Shown piece by piece: positions 17,579 to 28,784 of a stretch of 48,134 bases of DNA. Location: the IMG/VR virus record IMGVR_UViG_2651869782_000034. One strand, 5' to 3'. How positions within the stretch are numbered: the stretch's first letter is position 1; each line of letters begins with the position of its first letter. The DNA comes from a virus. Lineage: Duplodnaviria; Heunggongvirae; Uroviricota; Caudoviricetes. The notes beneath the pieces were generated by a model. That model was not told the origin of the DNA and made no database searches. It worked only from the letters and a program-made list of their open reading frames with translations. A program made the translations under genes and the position numbers.

Positions 17579-18103
17579 ATGAATAATCATTCAGTTATTC
17601 CAGCCTTCGACTTCCGAGAAATGGTGCAAGCCAAAAACGGAGAGGTCGTTACCACATCCAGAAAAATTGCCAAGTACTTCGGCAAGCGACACGGTGATGT
17701 TCTCAGGAAAATCGAGCAGGTTAAGGCTGATTGCTCGCGTGAGTTTAGCCAACGCAATTTTGCGTCGGCTGATTATATCGATGAGCAGGGCAAGGTTCGC
17801 CCGATGTACAGCCTGACGAAAGATGGCTGGATCATGGTTGTGATGGGGTTCACCGGGAAAGCTGCTGCGGCAATCAAGGAGAGCTATATCGCAGCATTCA
17901 ACTGGATGGCAGAGCAACTGAGCCGCCGCATGGCAATTGGCGAAGAAATGCAGCACCGCTACGCCATCAAAGAAACACGCTCAAAGCTGAAAGGTACGAT
18001 CGGCAGTCGGTTAATGAACGAACGGAAGAAAGAGAAGCGTGTCCTGGCTGTCGAGCATGAATACATTTTGCAGGTGACACAGCCTGAACTGCTGATTAAT
18101 TGA
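17579..18103 (+). CDS. Rha-family phage regulatory protein
   Basis: Position between lysis and terminase genes as in P22; ATG 17579 (MNNHSVIPAFDF). Confidence 0.65.
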   Translation: MNNHSVIPAFDFREMVQAKNGEVVTTSRKIAKYFGKRHGDVLRKIEQVKADCSREFSQRNFASADYIDEQGKVRPMYSLTKDGWIMVVMGFTGKAAAAIKESYIAAFNWMAEQLSRRMAIGEEMQHRYAIKETRSKLKGTIGSRLMNERKKEKRVLAVEHEYILQVTQPELLIN

Positions 18104-18207
18104 AGATGTCATTACAAAGCCTATCTACGGGTGGGCTTGATAATGGCTTATACCCTACACGGGATAACTTAACTGATATCCCTTTTAACGGATAAACGGA
18201 GCCAACA

Positions 18208-18450
18208 ATGGCAGAGATTATTCCCATGACTGAAGAACAGAAATTCCAGTTAGAGATTTACAAACTGGTCATGAACCAGAACGCAGCCGCAGAAGAAGCA
18301 TTTCAGTTCATTGGTACTGACGAGTTGAAGCTTGAGCTATTCAAAATTCACTTCCAGTCAGGCGGCGCTAATTCAGATATCACGATCCGCACATTTGAAG
18401 CGGTGCGTAAATCGAAGGAAGCGTTAGACCTGTTCACCACCGGAGCATAA
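18208..18450 (+). CDS. Hypothetical protein
   Basis: GGAG RBS; 80-aa ORF. Confidence 0.5.
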   Translation: MAEIIPMTEEQKFQLEIYKLVMNQNAAAEEAFQFIGTDELKLELFKIHFQSGGANSDITIRTFEAVRKSKEALDLFTTGA

Positions 18451-18529
18451 ACATGGCAACTCAAGGTTTCGACAACCCATCCAAATTCCGCGATGAATGG
18501 GATAAGCAAGCAGAAGGGAAATAATCAAT

Positions 18530-18955
18530 ATGGCGACTGAGAAAAAGAAAGGTGGTCGCCCCTCTGATTATATGCCGGAGGTGGCTAATGACATTTGCGC
18601 ATTGCTTTCCTCCGGTGAGAGTCTGCGCAAAGTTTGCGAACGCCCAGGAATGCCGAGCAAAACATCAGTTTTTCGCTGGCTGGCTGAACATCAGGAGTTT
18701 CGTGACCAGTACGCGAAGGCAACAGAGACTCGGGCCGACTCTATTTTCGAAGAGATATTCGAAATTGCTGACGACGTAATCCCTGATGCCGCTGAGGTGG
18801 CAAAGGCAAGACTTCGCGTTGATACCCGCAAATGGGCGCTGGCCAGAATGAATCCCCGTAAGTATGGCGACAAGGTAACTAACGAGCTTGTCGGTAAGGA
18901 CGGCGGCGCAATTCAGATTGAAACATCACCGATGAGCACTCTATTCGGAAAATGA
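18530..18955 (+). CDS. Terminase small subunit
   Basis: HTH-containing 141-aa protein directly upstream of and overlapping TerL. Confidence 0.65.
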   Translation: MATEKKKGGRPSDYMPEVANDICALLSSGESLRKVCERPGMPSKTSVFRWLAEHQEFRDQYAKATETRADSIFEEIFEIADDVIPDAAEVAKARLRVDTRKWALARMNPRKYGDKVTNELVGKDGGAIQIETSPMSTLFGK

Positions 18956-20367
18956 CCTCGATTAATCCTATCTTTGAACCGTTCATTGAGGCGCATCGCT
19001 ACAAAGTCGCCAAAGGCGGTCGAGGTAGCGGTAAGTCATGGGCAATTGCGAGGCTGCTTGTTGAAGCGGCGCGTCGTCAGCCTGTGCGTATTCTCTGCGC
19101 TCGTGAACTGCAAAACAGTATCAGCGATTCGGTAATCCGGTTGCTTGAAGATACCATCGAGCGTGAAGGGTATTCGGCTGAGTTTGAAATTCAGCGTTCA
19201 ATGATTCGTCATCTCGGAACGAATGCTGAGTTCATGTTCTACGGCATCAAAAACAACCCGACGAAGATTAAATCGCTCGAAGGCATTGATATATGCTGGG
19301 TGGAAGAAGCGGAAGCGGTAACGAAGGAATCATGGGATATCCTGATTCCAACCATCCGTAAGCCGTTCTCTGAAATATGGGTGAGCTTTAACCCGAAGAA
19401 CATCCTCGACGATACCTATCAGCGATTCGTCGTAAATCCTCCCGATGATATTTGCCTGCTGACGGTGAACTACACCGACAACCCGCACTTTCCTGAAGTT
19501 CTCCGTCTGGAGATGGAAGAGTGCAAACGCAGAAATCCGACACTGTATCGTCACATCTGGCTTGGTGAGCCGGTAAGCGCAAGTGATATGGCAATCATCA
19601 AACGAGAATGGCTTGAAGCTGCAACCGATGCGCACAAGAAACTCGGATGGAAAGCGAAAGGCGCTGTTGTCTCTGCGCATGACCCATCAGATACAGGGCC
19701 AGATGCTAAAGGTTATGCATCGCGTCATGGTTCGGTAGTTAAGCGCATTGCCGAAGGTCTGCTGATGGACATCAACGAGGGTGCTGACTGGGCTACTTCG
19801 CTGGCGATTGAAGACGGCGCTGACCATTACCTGTGGGATGGTGATGGTGTTGGTGCAGGTCTACGCAGACAGACAACGGAAGCGTTCTCCGGTAAGAAAA
19901 TCACCGCCACGATGTTCAAGGGCAGCGAATCGCCATTCGATGAAGATGCACCATATCAGGCCGGAGCATGGGCTGATGAAGTCGTGCAGGGCGACAACGT
20001 TCGCACTATTGGCGATGTGTTCCGCAATAAGCGAGCACAATTCTATTACGCGCTGGCTGACAGGCTGTATCTGACATATCGGGCGGTTGTTCACGGTGAG
20101 TATGCAGACCCAGACGACATGCTGAGTTTCGACAAAGAAGCGATAGGCGAGAAGATGCTGGAGAAGCTGTTTGCAGAACTGACGCAGATTCAGCGCAAAT
20201 TCAATAACAACGGGAAGCTGGAGCTTATGACTAAGGTCGAAATGAAGCAGAAGCTCGGTATTCCATCTCCTAACCTGGCTGATGCGTTGATGATGTGTAT
20301 GCATTGTCCGGAGTCGGCTGCGCAACCCGACTATTCCAGTTACTCAATTCCTTGTGGTGTAGGTTGA
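18952..20367 (+). CDS. Terminase large subunit
   Basis: Walker A KGGRGSGKS; nuclease domain; ATGA overlap with TerS. Confidence 0.9.
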   Translation: MTSINPIFEPFIEAHRYKVAKGGRGSGKSWAIARLLVEAARRQPVRILCARELQNSISDSVIRLLEDTIEREGYSAEFEIQRSMIRHLGTNAEFMFYGIKNNPTKIKSLEGIDICWVEEAEAVTKESWDILIPTIRKPFSEIWVSFNPKNILDDTYQRFVVNPPDDICLLTVNYTDNPHFPEVLRLEMEECKRRNPTLYRHIWLGEPVSASDMAIIKREWLEAATDAHKKLGWKAKGAVVSAHDPSDTGPDAKGYASRHGSVVKRIAEGLLMDINEGADWATSLAIEDGADHYLWDGDGVGAGLRRQTTEAFSGKKITATMFKGSESPFDEDAPYQAGAWADEVVQGDNVRTIGDVFRNKRAQFYYALADRLYLTYRAVVHGEYADPDDMLSFDKEAIGEKMLEKLFAELTQIQRKFNNNGKLELMTKVEMKQKLGIPSPNLADALMMCMHCPESAAQPDYSSYSIPCGVG

Positions 20368-20368
20368 T

Positions 20369-22567
20369 ATGGCAGAAAAAAAGATGACTGACTGGCATCG
20401 CAAGGTGCTGTGCAACTTTGATAATGCCTGGTCAGCAACGCAGGATATGCGTGAGCAGATTATTGAGGCTCAACGTTTCGTCCGGGTGTCCGGCGCACAG
20501 TGGGAAGGCAGCACAAACGCTGGTTACTCATTTGATGAAGGCAGGTTTGAGCATTACCCGCGCTTTGAACTGAATAAGATTGCCCGTGAATGTGATCGCA
20601 TCATTGGCGAGTATCGACAGAATCGCATCAGCGTTAAATTCAGGCCGAAGGATGACAAGGCATCGGAAGCGTTAGCCGAAAAGATGAACGGCAAATTCCG
20701 CGCTGATTATCAGGAAACATCCGGTGGCGAAGCGTGTGATAACGCATTTGATGATGCTGTAACGGGCGGATTCGGTTGTTTCCGCATGTGTGCTGATTAC
20801 GAAGATGAAATGGATCCGAGTAACGAGCAGCGACGCATCAGCCTTCTTCCTGTTTACGACCCGGCGACATGCGTCTTCTTCGATCAGGACAGCAAGCAAT
20901 ATGACCGCTCTGATGCTATGTGGGCTATGGAAATGTTCTCCATGACGCCTAAAGCGTTCGAGGCTGAATACCCTGATTCCATCGCGGCAAGCCTTTCTCG
21001 TGATGACACTGGTACTCAGTATGACTGGTCAACGCCTGACGCCATCTATGTTGGACGCTACTACGAAGTCCGCATAGAGAAGGTGAAGCTCACAGCATGG
21101 CGTAACCCTGTCAGCGGAGAAACGGCAATCTATGATGAAGAGCAAATCAAAGATATTGTCGACGAGCTGACCGATGGTGCATTCGAACTGATTGGCGAGC
21201 GAACGGTGAAGAAACGCCGAGTTTATTGCGGTCTTCTGTCTGGCGCTGAATGGCTGGAAGAACCGAAGCGTATTCCGGGCGAACATATTCCTCTCATCCC
21301 GGTATATGGGCGTCGTTCATTTGTTGATAATCAGGAGCGAATCGAAGGCCACGCAGCAAAAGCGATGGATGCACAGCGTCTTGAGAACCTGATGGTTTCC
21401 ATGATTGCAGATAACGCCACTCAGGCTGGCGGTGATGGCATTCCTATCGTGGATGTTGATTTCATTCCCGGCCCATTAATGAACCACTGGGCAGAGAGGA
21501 ATAAGAAAAGACCTGCAGTTCTTCCTATGACCAGCAAGAAGGACAAAAACGGAACGGTCATTTCAGAGGCTCAGGTTGCTGGCTGGACACCTCCGACACA
21601 AATGCCTCCAGCTCTTGCAGGGCTATTGCAGTACACCGGAACGGCTATTCAGCAAATTACAGGTGCGTCGCAGCTTGAGAACATGCCGAGCAACGTCGCT
21701 ACCGATACCGTTGATAGCATCTTTAACCGGATGGACACGCAGTCCTATATCTACATGGACAACATGGCTAAATCCATGCGCCGTGCTGGCGTCGTGTGGC
21801 TTTCTATGGCTCGTGAAGTCTATGGCAGCGATACGCCAATGCGCATCGTTAATGAGGATGACAGCGATGACGTGGCGCTGATGACTGGTGAAGTGGTTGA
21901 CCGTCAGACAGGGCAGGTTATCGCGCTTAACGACCTTTCGCAGGGTAACTATGAAGTGACTGTCGATGTCGGTCAGTCGTTCGCTACTCGCCGTGATGCA
22001 ACGGTTAAGTCGTTACTTTCCATGCTGGCACTTATCCCGCCAGGAACGCCGAAGCATGACCTTGTATCGTCGATGATTCTCGACAATATGGACGGCGAAG
22101 GGATGGACGACCTGAAAGAATACAACCGCAATCAGTTGCTTCTGTCTGGCGTTATCAAGCCGAGAACGCCTGAAGAACAGCAAATGGTTGAGCAGGCGAA
22201 ACAACAACAGGCCAGTCAGCCAGATCCGGCTATGGTTGCAGCGCAAGGTCAGCTTCTGGCTGGTCAGGCTGAATTGCAGAAAGCGCAGAACGAACAGGCA
22301 GCCATTCAGGTTAAAGCATTCCAGGCACAGACTGATGCTCAGGTTGCAGCGGCAAATGTTGTGAAAATCCTCGCATCTGCCGATAGCCAGCAGAAATCTG
22401 ATATCCGCGAGGCTCTGAAACTGCTCGGACAGTTCCAGCAACAGCAAGGAGACAATGCCCGTGCTGATGCAGAGCTTGTCCTGAAAAGTCAGGCACAGGG
22501 CCATGCGCAGCGCATGGACATCAGCAGCATCCTGCAAAAATCAACTCAGCAACAACCACAGCAGTAA
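20369..22567 (+). CDS. Portal protein (P22 gp1-like)
   Basis: 732 aa; blocks such as KRRRVY, GEHIP.IPV and Q-rich C-terminal barrel parallel P22 portal. Confidence 0.9.
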   Translation: MAEKKMTDWHRKVLCNFDNAWSATQDMREQIIEAQRFVRVSGAQWEGSTNAGYSFDEGRFEHYPRFELNKIARECDRIIGEYRQNRISVKFRPKDDKASEALAEKMNGKFRADYQETSGGEACDNAFDDAVTGGFGCFRMCADYEDEMDPSNEQRRISLLPVYDPATCVFFDQDSKQYDRSDAMWAMEMFSMTPKAFEAEYPDSIAASLSRDDTGTQYDWSTPDAIYVGRYYEVRIEKVKLTAWRNPVSGETAIYDEEQIKDIVDELTDGAFELIGERTVKKRRVYCGLLSGAEWLEEPKRIPGEHIPLIPVYGRRSFVDNQERIEGHAAKAMDAQRLENLMVSMIADNATQAGGDGIPIVDVDFIPGPLMNHWAERNKKRPAVLPMTSKKDKNGTVISEAQVAGWTPPTQMPPALAGLLQYTGTAIQQITGASQLENMPSNVATDTVDSIFNRMDTQSYIYMDNMAKSMRRAGVVWLSMAREVYGSDTPMRIVNEDDSDDVALMTGEVVDRQTGQVIALNDLSQGNYEVTVDVGQSFATRRDATVKSLLSMLALIPPGTPKHDLVSSMILDNMDGEGMDDLKEYNRNQLLLSGVIKPRTPEEQQMVEQAKQQQASQPDPAMVAAQGQLLAGQAELQKAQNEQAAIQVKAFQAQTDAQVAAANVVKILASADSQQKSDIREALKLLGQFQQQQGDNARADAELVLKSQAQGHAQRMDISSILQKSTQQQPQQ

Positions 22568-22657
22568 TTAACCCATAACGTGCAATGGCTGTCTTTATGA
22601 GGCCTGGCACCCTATTGCCTTCCGATGGGCTGAACATCGAGTAAACAGGGGTAACAA

Positions 22658-23551
22658 ATGGACCAGATGGCAGAAAACACACCAGAAGTTGAAATCGAAA
22701 CCGACGCGTCAGAGCAGATTCCTGATGATGTCGAACTGGCTGAAGAAGTCGAAACAGCAGATGGCAGTGAGTCCTCAGGAAATGATGCAGAGGAAGCTAC
22801 TGACACTGATGACGACGAATCAGAACAGGAATTCTACTTTGGTGACGAAAAGCTGGATTCGCCAACCAGCGAAGATGGCGCAGAGCATGGACTGGTAAAA
22901 CACCTGCGCAAGACGATTAAAGAGAAAGACCGTGAGCTGAAAGAGCTGATGCGTCAGTCTCAGAAACCCGTCGAGCAGCAGCCGGTAATCACTCAACCAC
23001 CGCGAATGCCAAAACTGGATGATGAGGACATCGGTTTCGATGAAGAAATCTATCAGCAACGCATGGCTAAGTGGGCAGAGGATAACGGCAAATACCAGGA
23101 GCAAGTACGAGAGCGGAAACGAGAGGAAGAGGCGCGTACCGCAACGCTTCAGCAGAAAGCAGCCAATTACATGCATAGAGTAAAAGCACTGAAAGTGGCT
23201 GGTTACCAGGATGCAGAGCAGGCTGTACGCGAAGATGTTCCTGTTCACATTCAGGACATGATCCTTCTTGAGTCAGAGAAGCCGGAAATCGTTGTTCTGG
23301 CACTCGGTCGCAACGCTGAACTGCGCAAGCAACTGGCAGAAGCTACCAACTCCGTAGCAATTGGTCGTCTGCTGGAACGTATCGAATCGAAGGCCAGAAT
23401 CATGCCAAAAGCAAAAACCACGGCAGCCACAACCCCGACAGTTAAGGGGAGCAACGGCGCAGTAATCAATAACCTCGACAAATTGAAAGCCAAGGCGCTG
23501 GAAACTGGTGACTGGACGCCGTATTTCGCCGCTAAAAAGGCAAAAAAATAA
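22658..23551 (+). CDS. Scaffolding protein
   Basis: Acidic N-terminus, coiled coil, basic C-terminus; between portal and coat. Confidence 0.8.
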   Translation: MDQMAENTPEVEIETDASEQIPDDVELAEEVETADGSESSGNDAEEATDTDDDESEQEFYFGDEKLDSPTSEDGAEHGLVKHLRKTIKEKDRELKELMRQSQKPVEQQPVITQPPRMPKLDDEDIGFDEEIYQQRMAKWAEDNGKYQEQVRERKREEEARTATLQQKAANYMHRVKALKVAGYQDAEQAVREDVPVHIQDMILLESEKPEIVVLALGRNAELRKQLAEATNSVAIGRLLERIESKARIMPKAKTTAATTPTVKGSNGAVINNLDKLKAKALETGDWTPYFAAKKAKK

Positions 23552-23569
23552 CCTATCGGAGCATTAAGC

Positions 23570-24823
23570 ATGGCTAACCAATTAGCAAAAGACCTTGAAA
23601 TCATGTTCGAAAACTACGTTGAAGGCTTTGAGGCCGCCTGCGTAGTTTCCCGTAACGCTAAAAAATTCCGTCCCGGTGATACAGCAATGCAGCGAGCAGG
23701 TGATGTTCTGTATCGTCCGCAGCATTACCACATGAATATTGAGGAAGGCCTCGACCTCAGCAGCAAAACGCCAACAGCACTGGTTCAGCGCCTTGTTCCT
23801 TCTGTGTTCAAGGAGCCGAAAAACATTCTGTACACTCTGGATGCGCGTGAAATGCGTGACCCGGAACATAAAACTGAAGCTGGTCGCGCCGCAGGTATGC
23901 GCCTTGCTGCACAGATTGACTCTGACCTGATTTCCATGGTCACGCAGCGTGCTACTAACGTGATCACAATGGCTGACTCAACCACTGGTTCACAGGGCCG
24001 TGATTTGTGGAACTGTGCGGCAGGTATTGATGCCACCATGACGGCGATTGGTGTACCACAGGGTATCAACCGCCGCTCTTTCTGGAACCCCTTCAACTAC
24101 AAAGACCTTGCTGGCGAGCTTGGTCACCGTGCCTATGCTCAGGGCGCAACCCTGACAGCATACGAAAAAGCGCAGATCCCTCCGGTTGCGTCCTTCGATA
24201 GCTACAAGACCGATATTTCTGGTCGTGTTCCGAAGGGTACAGCAACTTCCCTGACGCTGGCGGCTGAACCTGCGCACAAGGTTGAAGCGAAAGATGCCAA
24301 CGATATGCCAGTGGATAACCGACAGGGGACTATTACGGTATCTGCATCTGGGTTGCAGGTTGGTGATGCGTTCACCATTGCTGGCGTGAATTCTGTACAC
24401 CAGATCACCAAAGACACCACCGGGCAGCCGCAGGTATTCCGCGTTCTGGCAGTAAGCGGAACGACAGTGACTATCTCCCCGAAAATTCTGCCGCCTGACA
24501 ACGCAGATGTCGCCAGCCGTCCATATGCAAACGTTGATGCTAACGCGGCAAATGGTGCAGCAATCACCATTCTCAACAAAAATGCCGCACCGGCTAACCT
24601 GTTCTGGGCCGATGGTTCTGTTGAGCTGATGTACGGCAAACTGGCGTTCCCGACTGGTCAGGGTCCACAGGTAATGACAGCAACCACCGAGCAGGGCGCT
24701 ACGCTGATCATGTCTTACGCCTTCGACCACATCAAAGGCGTAACCACTGCTCGTTTCACCACTCTGTACGGTTGCTCTGTACTTGTTCCTGAATATACGG
24801 GCATCGTTATTGCCGGGCAGTAA
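23570..24823 (+). CDS. Major coat protein (P22 gp5-like)
   Basis: 417 aa; GGAG RBS; C-terminal blocks including NLFWAD align with P22 coat. Confidence 0.85.
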   Translation: MANQLAKDLEIMFENYVEGFEAACVVSRNAKKFRPGDTAMQRAGDVLYRPQHYHMNIEEGLDLSSKTPTALVQRLVPSVFKEPKNILYTLDAREMRDPEHKTEAGRAAGMRLAAQIDSDLISMVTQRATNVITMADSTTGSQGRDLWNCAAGIDATMTAIGVPQGINRRSFWNPFNYKDLAGELGHRAYAQGATLTAYEKAQIPPVASFDSYKTDISGRVPKGTATSLTLAAEPAHKVEAKDANDMPVDNRQGTITVSASGLQVGDAFTIAGVNSVHQITKDTTGQPQVFRVLAVSGTTVTISPKILPPDNADVASRPYANVDANAANGAAITILNKNAAPANLFWADGSVELMYGKLAFPTGQGPQVMTATTEQGATLIMSYAFDHIKGVTTARFTTLYGCSVLVPEYTGIVIAGQ

Positions 24824-24830
24824 TTTTGGT

Positions 24831-24851
24831 GGGGCTTCGGCCCCATTTTTA
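24831..24851 (+). terminator. Rho-independent terminator after coat gene
   Basis: GGGGC-ttcg-GCCCC followed by ATTTTTA. Confidence 0.65.
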
Positions 24852-24864
24852 TTGGGAGAAGACA

Positions 24865-25053
24865 ATGGCACGAACAATGCTCTATAAGCCTGGAAACATG
24901 ATCACCTGTGGTCAGTTTGCTGTCGATTACATCATTGTTGATGACGAAGAAGTTAAATCTCACCTGAAAAAAGGCTGGGTAAAAACCCCTGAAGAAACCG
25001 CAACGAAGCAAAAAGTGGCTAAGGCGGAAGAAGATGGCGAAAACGAAGGGTGA
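24865..25053 (+). CDS. Hypothetical small protein
   Basis: GGGAGA RBS, ATG 24865; position equals the small ORF after coat in P22-like phages. Confidence 0.5.
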   Translation: MARTMLYKPGNMITCGQFAVDYIIVDDEEVKSHLKKGWVKTPEETATKQKVAKAEEDGENEG

Positions 25054-25495
25054 TCTCGTTCTTAAGGCTTTACGAAAAGCCGGGCTGTATTCCAATGCCA
25101 CGTTGACAGATGCCGACCCTCAGGCAATAGAAGATGCCATTAATGACCTCGAAGACATGATGGCAGCATGGCAGGCGAAAGGTATCGAGCTTGGATATCA
25201 GTTTGCGGATACAGAAAACGGCATCATGCCGTTACCTGACGATGATTCAGGTATCCCTGCATGGGCAAATGATGGCGTCGCTTTGAAACTCGCTGTGCAA
25301 GTGTGCATGGATAACGTCATTCAGCCGTCAGACGCTCTCCTTACCGCTGCTGACAGTGCATATCAGACAATCTGTATCGCTTTAACCAAAATACCACCAC
25401 TTGAGCGACGAAATGACATGCCTCGCGGGGCGGGGTTAAAAAGCGCGTTTACGTGGAATCGGTTTTACATCGAGAAAGATGATCCGAGTACGTGA
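25034..25495 (+). CDS. Head completion protein (P22 gp4-like)
   Basis: N-terminal KTKGDLVLKALRKAG parallels P22 gp4. Confidence 0.7.
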   Translation: MAKTKGDLVLKALRKAGLYSNATLTDADPQAIEDAINDLEDMMAAWQAKGIELGYQFADTENGIMPLPDDDSGIPAWANDGVALKLAVQVCMDNVIQPSDALLTAADSAYQTICIALTKIPPLERRNDMPRGAGLKSAFTWNRFYIEKDDPST

Positions 25496-25504
25496 GGTGA
25501 ATAA

Positions 25505-26923
25505 ATGCCGATTCAGCAACTTCCGCTTATGAAAGGTGTCGGCAAAGACTTTCGAAACGCCGACTATATCGACTATCTGCCAGTGAATATGCTGGCTACG
25601 CCCAAAGAAATACTCAACAGCAGCGGATATCTTCGCTCATTCCCGGGCATTGCCAAACGTTCTGATGTGAATGGTGTATCGCGCGGTGTCGAGTACAACA
25701 TGGCGCAGAATGCTGTTTATCGCGTTTGCGGTGGCAAGCTGTACAAAGGAGAAAGTGAAGTCGGTGACATTGACGGAAGTGGTCGTGTATCAATGGCGCA
25801 TGGTCGGACATCACAGGCGATAGGCGTTAATGGTCAACTGGTCGAGTATCGCTATGATGGCACGGTTAAAACCGTCTCAAACTGGCCTACAGACAGCGGA
25901 TTCACACAGTACGAGTTAGGTTCAGTTCGCGACATTACGCGCTTACGTGGGCGCTATGCGTGGTCAAAAGACGGAACTGATTCATGGTTTATCACTGACC
26001 TTGAAGACGAATCGCATCCTGACCGCTACAGCGCACAATATCGCGCAGAGTCTCAGCCTGACGGCATCATCGGCATCGGAACATGGCGAGATTTCATCGT
26101 CTGCTTTGGTTCATCGACGATTGAATATTTCTCCCTGACTGGTGCAACCACCGTTGGTGCCGCTTTGTATGTTGCACAACCATCGCTGATGGTGCAGAAA
26201 GGTATTGCCGGAACCTACTGTAAAACGCCATTCGCTGATTCCTATGCGTTCATCAGCAATCCGGCAACAGGTGCGCCATCTGTATACATCATCGGATCCG
26301 GTCAGGTTTCACCAATCGCCAGCGCGAGCATTGAGAAAATTCTCCGCTCCTACACTGCTGATGAACTGGCTGATGGTGTGATGGAATCGCTGCGATTTGA
26401 TGCTCATGAGTTGCTGATTATCCACCTTCCGCGCCATGTTCTCGTGTACGACGCATCTTCAAGCGCCAATGGTCCGCAATGGTGTGTGTTGAAAACTGGC
26501 TTGTATGACGATGTGTACCGCGCTATCGACTTCATTTACGAAGGCAATCAGATAACGTGCGGCGATAAGCTGGAATCCGTGACCGGGAAATTGCAGTTCG
26601 ATATCAGCAGCCAGTACGACAAGCAGCAGGAACACCTGCTGTTTACTCCGTTGTTCAAAGCGGATAACGCCCGGGTGTTCGACCTTGAGGTTGAATCTTC
26701 AACTGGCGTTGCGCAGTACGCTGACCGCCTGTTCCTCTCTGCAACCACTGACGGCATCAATTACGGGCGTGAGCAGATGATTGAGCAGAATGAACCGTTC
26801 GTTTACGACAAACGCGTTTTGTGGACGCGAGTAGGGCGCATCAGGAAAAATGTTGGCTTCAAATTGCGCGTTATCACGAAGTCACCTGTAACTCTGTCTG
26901 GCGCTCAGATAAGGATCGAGTAA
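25505..26923 (+). CDS. Head completion protein (P22 gp10-like)
   Basis: [49 protein letters not shown] matches P22 gp10 N-terminus. Confidence 0.85.
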   Translation: MPIQQLPLMKGVGKDFRNADYIDYLPVNMLATPKEILNSSGYLRSFPGIAKRSDVNGVSRGVEYNMAQNAVYRVCGGKLYKGESEVGDIDGSGRVSMAHGRTSQAIGVNGQLVEYRYDGTVKTVSNWPTDSGFTQYELGSVRDITRLRGRYAWSKDGTDSWFITDLEDESHPDRYSAQYRAESQPDGIIGIGTWRDFIVCFGSSTIEYFSLTGATTVGAALYVAQPSLMVQKGIAGTYCKTPFADSYAFISNPATGAPSVYIIGSGQVSPIASASIEKILRSYTADELADGVMESLRFDAHELLIIHLPRHVLVYDASSSANGPQWCVLKTGLYDDVYRAIDFIYEGNQITCGDKLESVTGKLQFDISSQYDKQQEHLLFTPLFKADNARVFDLEVESSTGVAQYADRLFLSATTDGINYGREQMIEQNEPFVYDKRVLWTRVGRIRKNVGFKLRVITKSPVTLSGAQIRIE

Positions 26924-27624
26924 TGGCTGATTCGAATCTCAACACACCGGTTATTGTTCAGGCGACGCGGCTCGATACATCAATCCTTCCACGCAATATC
27001 TTCAGCCAGTCTTACCTGCTGTATGTCATTAATCAGGGGGCTGATGTCGGCGCAATTGCCGGGAAGGCAAATCAGGCTGGTCAGGGCGCTTACGATGCCC
27101 AGGTAAAAAACGATGAACAGGACGTCGAACTGGCAGATCACGATTCAAGAATCACCGCAAACACAAAAGCGATAAATCTCCTTGAGGTCAGGTTAACAAC
27201 CGCCGAAGGGAAGATAGTCGTACTGCGTAGCGATGTTGATTACTTGCTGGATGAGGTTATCGATATTCAGGCGCATCTGGTCACTGTTGACAAAAGACTG
27301 GATGGCGTAGAAAGCGATGTATCTGACATTAAGAGTGATTACGTATCGAAAACCGTAACCGAATTGCAGTCTCTTGAGTCACCGCTGGATGTAAAAACAT
27401 CATATTCAGTTGATGGAATTCAGGTTGTTGGAGCAAGAAATACCGGATGGACTGCAGCCACGGGTACGCCACTTCTTGGCTCATTCAACGCTAACCAGTC
27501 ATACGCTGTCGGCAATACGTACACACAATCCGAAGTCGCAGCACTCGCTACAGGTTTGCAGCAGGCGCGGCAGCGTATTCTGGCGCTTGAAACGGCACTT
27601 AGATTACATGGGCTGATTGACTGA
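26923..27624 (+). CDS. Tail needle (P22 gp26-like)
   Basis: [36 protein letters not shown] and C-terminal [16 protein letters not shown] match P22 gp26. Confidence 0.85.
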   Translation: MADSNLNTPVIVQATRLDTSILPRNIFSQSYLLYVINQGADVGAIAGKANQAGQGAYDAQVKNDEQDVELADHDSRITANTKAINLLEVRLTTAEGKIVVLRSDVDYLLDEVIDIQAHLVTVDKRLDGVESDVSDIKSDYVSKTVTELQSLESPLDVKTSYSVDGIQVVGARNTGWTAATGTPLLGSFNANQSYAVGNTYTQSEVAALATGLQQARQRILALETALRLHGLID

Positions 27625-28079
27625 TGATTACATTCAAACCAACGCGAAACATCGACCTGATAGAAGCTGTCGGAAATCACCCTGACATTATTGCCGGGAG
27701 CAACAACGGTGATGGATACGACTACAAGCCTGAATGCCGTTACTTTGAGGTTAACGTGCACGGTCAGTTCGGCGGCATTGTTTACTATCAGGAGATTCAG
27801 CCGCTGACATTCGATTGCCACGCCATGTACCTGCCAGAGATTCGGGGATTCAGCAAGGAAATCGGGCTGGCGTTTTGGCGATACATTCTGACTAACACCA
27901 CCGTTCAGTGCGTCACATCGTTCGCTGCACGCAAATTCCGCCACGGGCAGATGTACTGCGCAATGATTGGCCTTAAGCGTGTAGGAACCATCAAGAAATA
28001 CTTCAAAGGCGTGGATGACGTGACTTTTTACAGCGCCACACGCGAAGAACTAATCGACTTCCTGAATCACGGGAGATAG
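27624..28079 (+). CDS. P22 gp14-like protein
   Basis: Gene order between gp26-like and ejection genes. Confidence 0.55.
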   Translation: MITFKPTRNIDLIEAVGNHPDIIAGSNNGDGYDYKPECRYFEVNVHGQFGGIVYYQEIQPLTFDCHAMYLPEIRGFSKEIGLAFWRYILTNTTVQCVTSFAARKFRHGQMYCAMIGLKRVGTIKKYFKGVDDVTFYSATREELIDFLNHGR

Positions 28080-28081
28080 CC

Positions 28082-28774
28082 ATGTTATATGCATTTAAGC
28101 TGGGCAGAAAACTGCGCGGCGAGGAACCGTATTGCCCTGAAAAAGGCGGGAAAGGTGGCAGTTCTGATAAAAGTGCAAAGTATGCCGCAGAAGCTCAGAA
28201 GTATGCCGCAGACCTGCAAAATCAGCAGTTCAACACCATCATGAACAACCTGAAGCCGTTTACTCCTCTGGCTGGGAAGTATGTCGGCAGCCTTGAGAAC
28301 TTATCGTCTCTGGAAGGGCAAGGTCAGGCACTTAACCAGTATTACAACTCTCAGCAGTATAAAGACCTTGCAGGTCAGGCTCGCTATCAGAGTCTGGCGG
28401 CAGCGGAAGCAACAGGTGGATTGGGTTCCACCGCAACCAGTAATCAGTTAGCAACAATCGCACCAACGCTTGGTCAGCAATGGCTATCTGGACAAATGAA
28501 CAATTACAACAACCTGGCAAATATCGGTCTTGGCGCTCTTCAGGGGCAGGCAAACGCCGGGCAAACATATGCCAACAACATGAGTCAGATTTCACAGCAA
28601 AGCGCGGCTCTTGCAGCGGCAAACGCCAACCGACCGTCAGCATTGCGGCAGGGTGTTAGTGGTGCTGCATCCGGTGCGCTTTTGGGTGGTGGCATAGCCA
28701 GTGCTCTCGAGCTATCAACTCCGTGGGGTGCTGGTATCGGTGCTGGTCTTGGTCTGCTTGGCTCGTTGTTTTAA
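28082..28774 (+). CDS. Ejection (DNA transfer) protein gp7-like
   Basis: 230 aa, Gly/Ala-rich C-terminus; gene order. Confidence 0.7.
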   Translation: MLYAFKLGRKLRGEEPYCPEKGGKGGSSDKSAKYAAEAQKYAADLQNQQFNTIMNNLKPFTPLAGKYVGSLENLSSLEGQGQALNQYYNSQQYKDLAGQARYQSLAAAEATGGLGSTATSNQLATIAPTLGQQWLSGQMNNYNNLANIGLGALQGQANAGQTYANNMSQISQQSAALAAANANRPSALRQGVSGAASGALLGGGIASALELSTPWGAGIGAGLGLLGSLF

Positions 28775-28784
28775 GGGGTAATCA

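Noticed and set aside
20672-22537. Minus-strand ORFs inside the portal gene (20672..20899, 21029..21286, 22013..22537)
   Set aside because: Antisense to a portal gene with strong family similarity; no start context.
23582-25101. Long minus-strand ORFs (23582..23869, 23785..24096, 23990..24877, 24202..24639, 24715..25101) across the coat gene
   Set aside because: Antisense to a coat protein gene with strong P22-family similarity; typical shadow ORFs.
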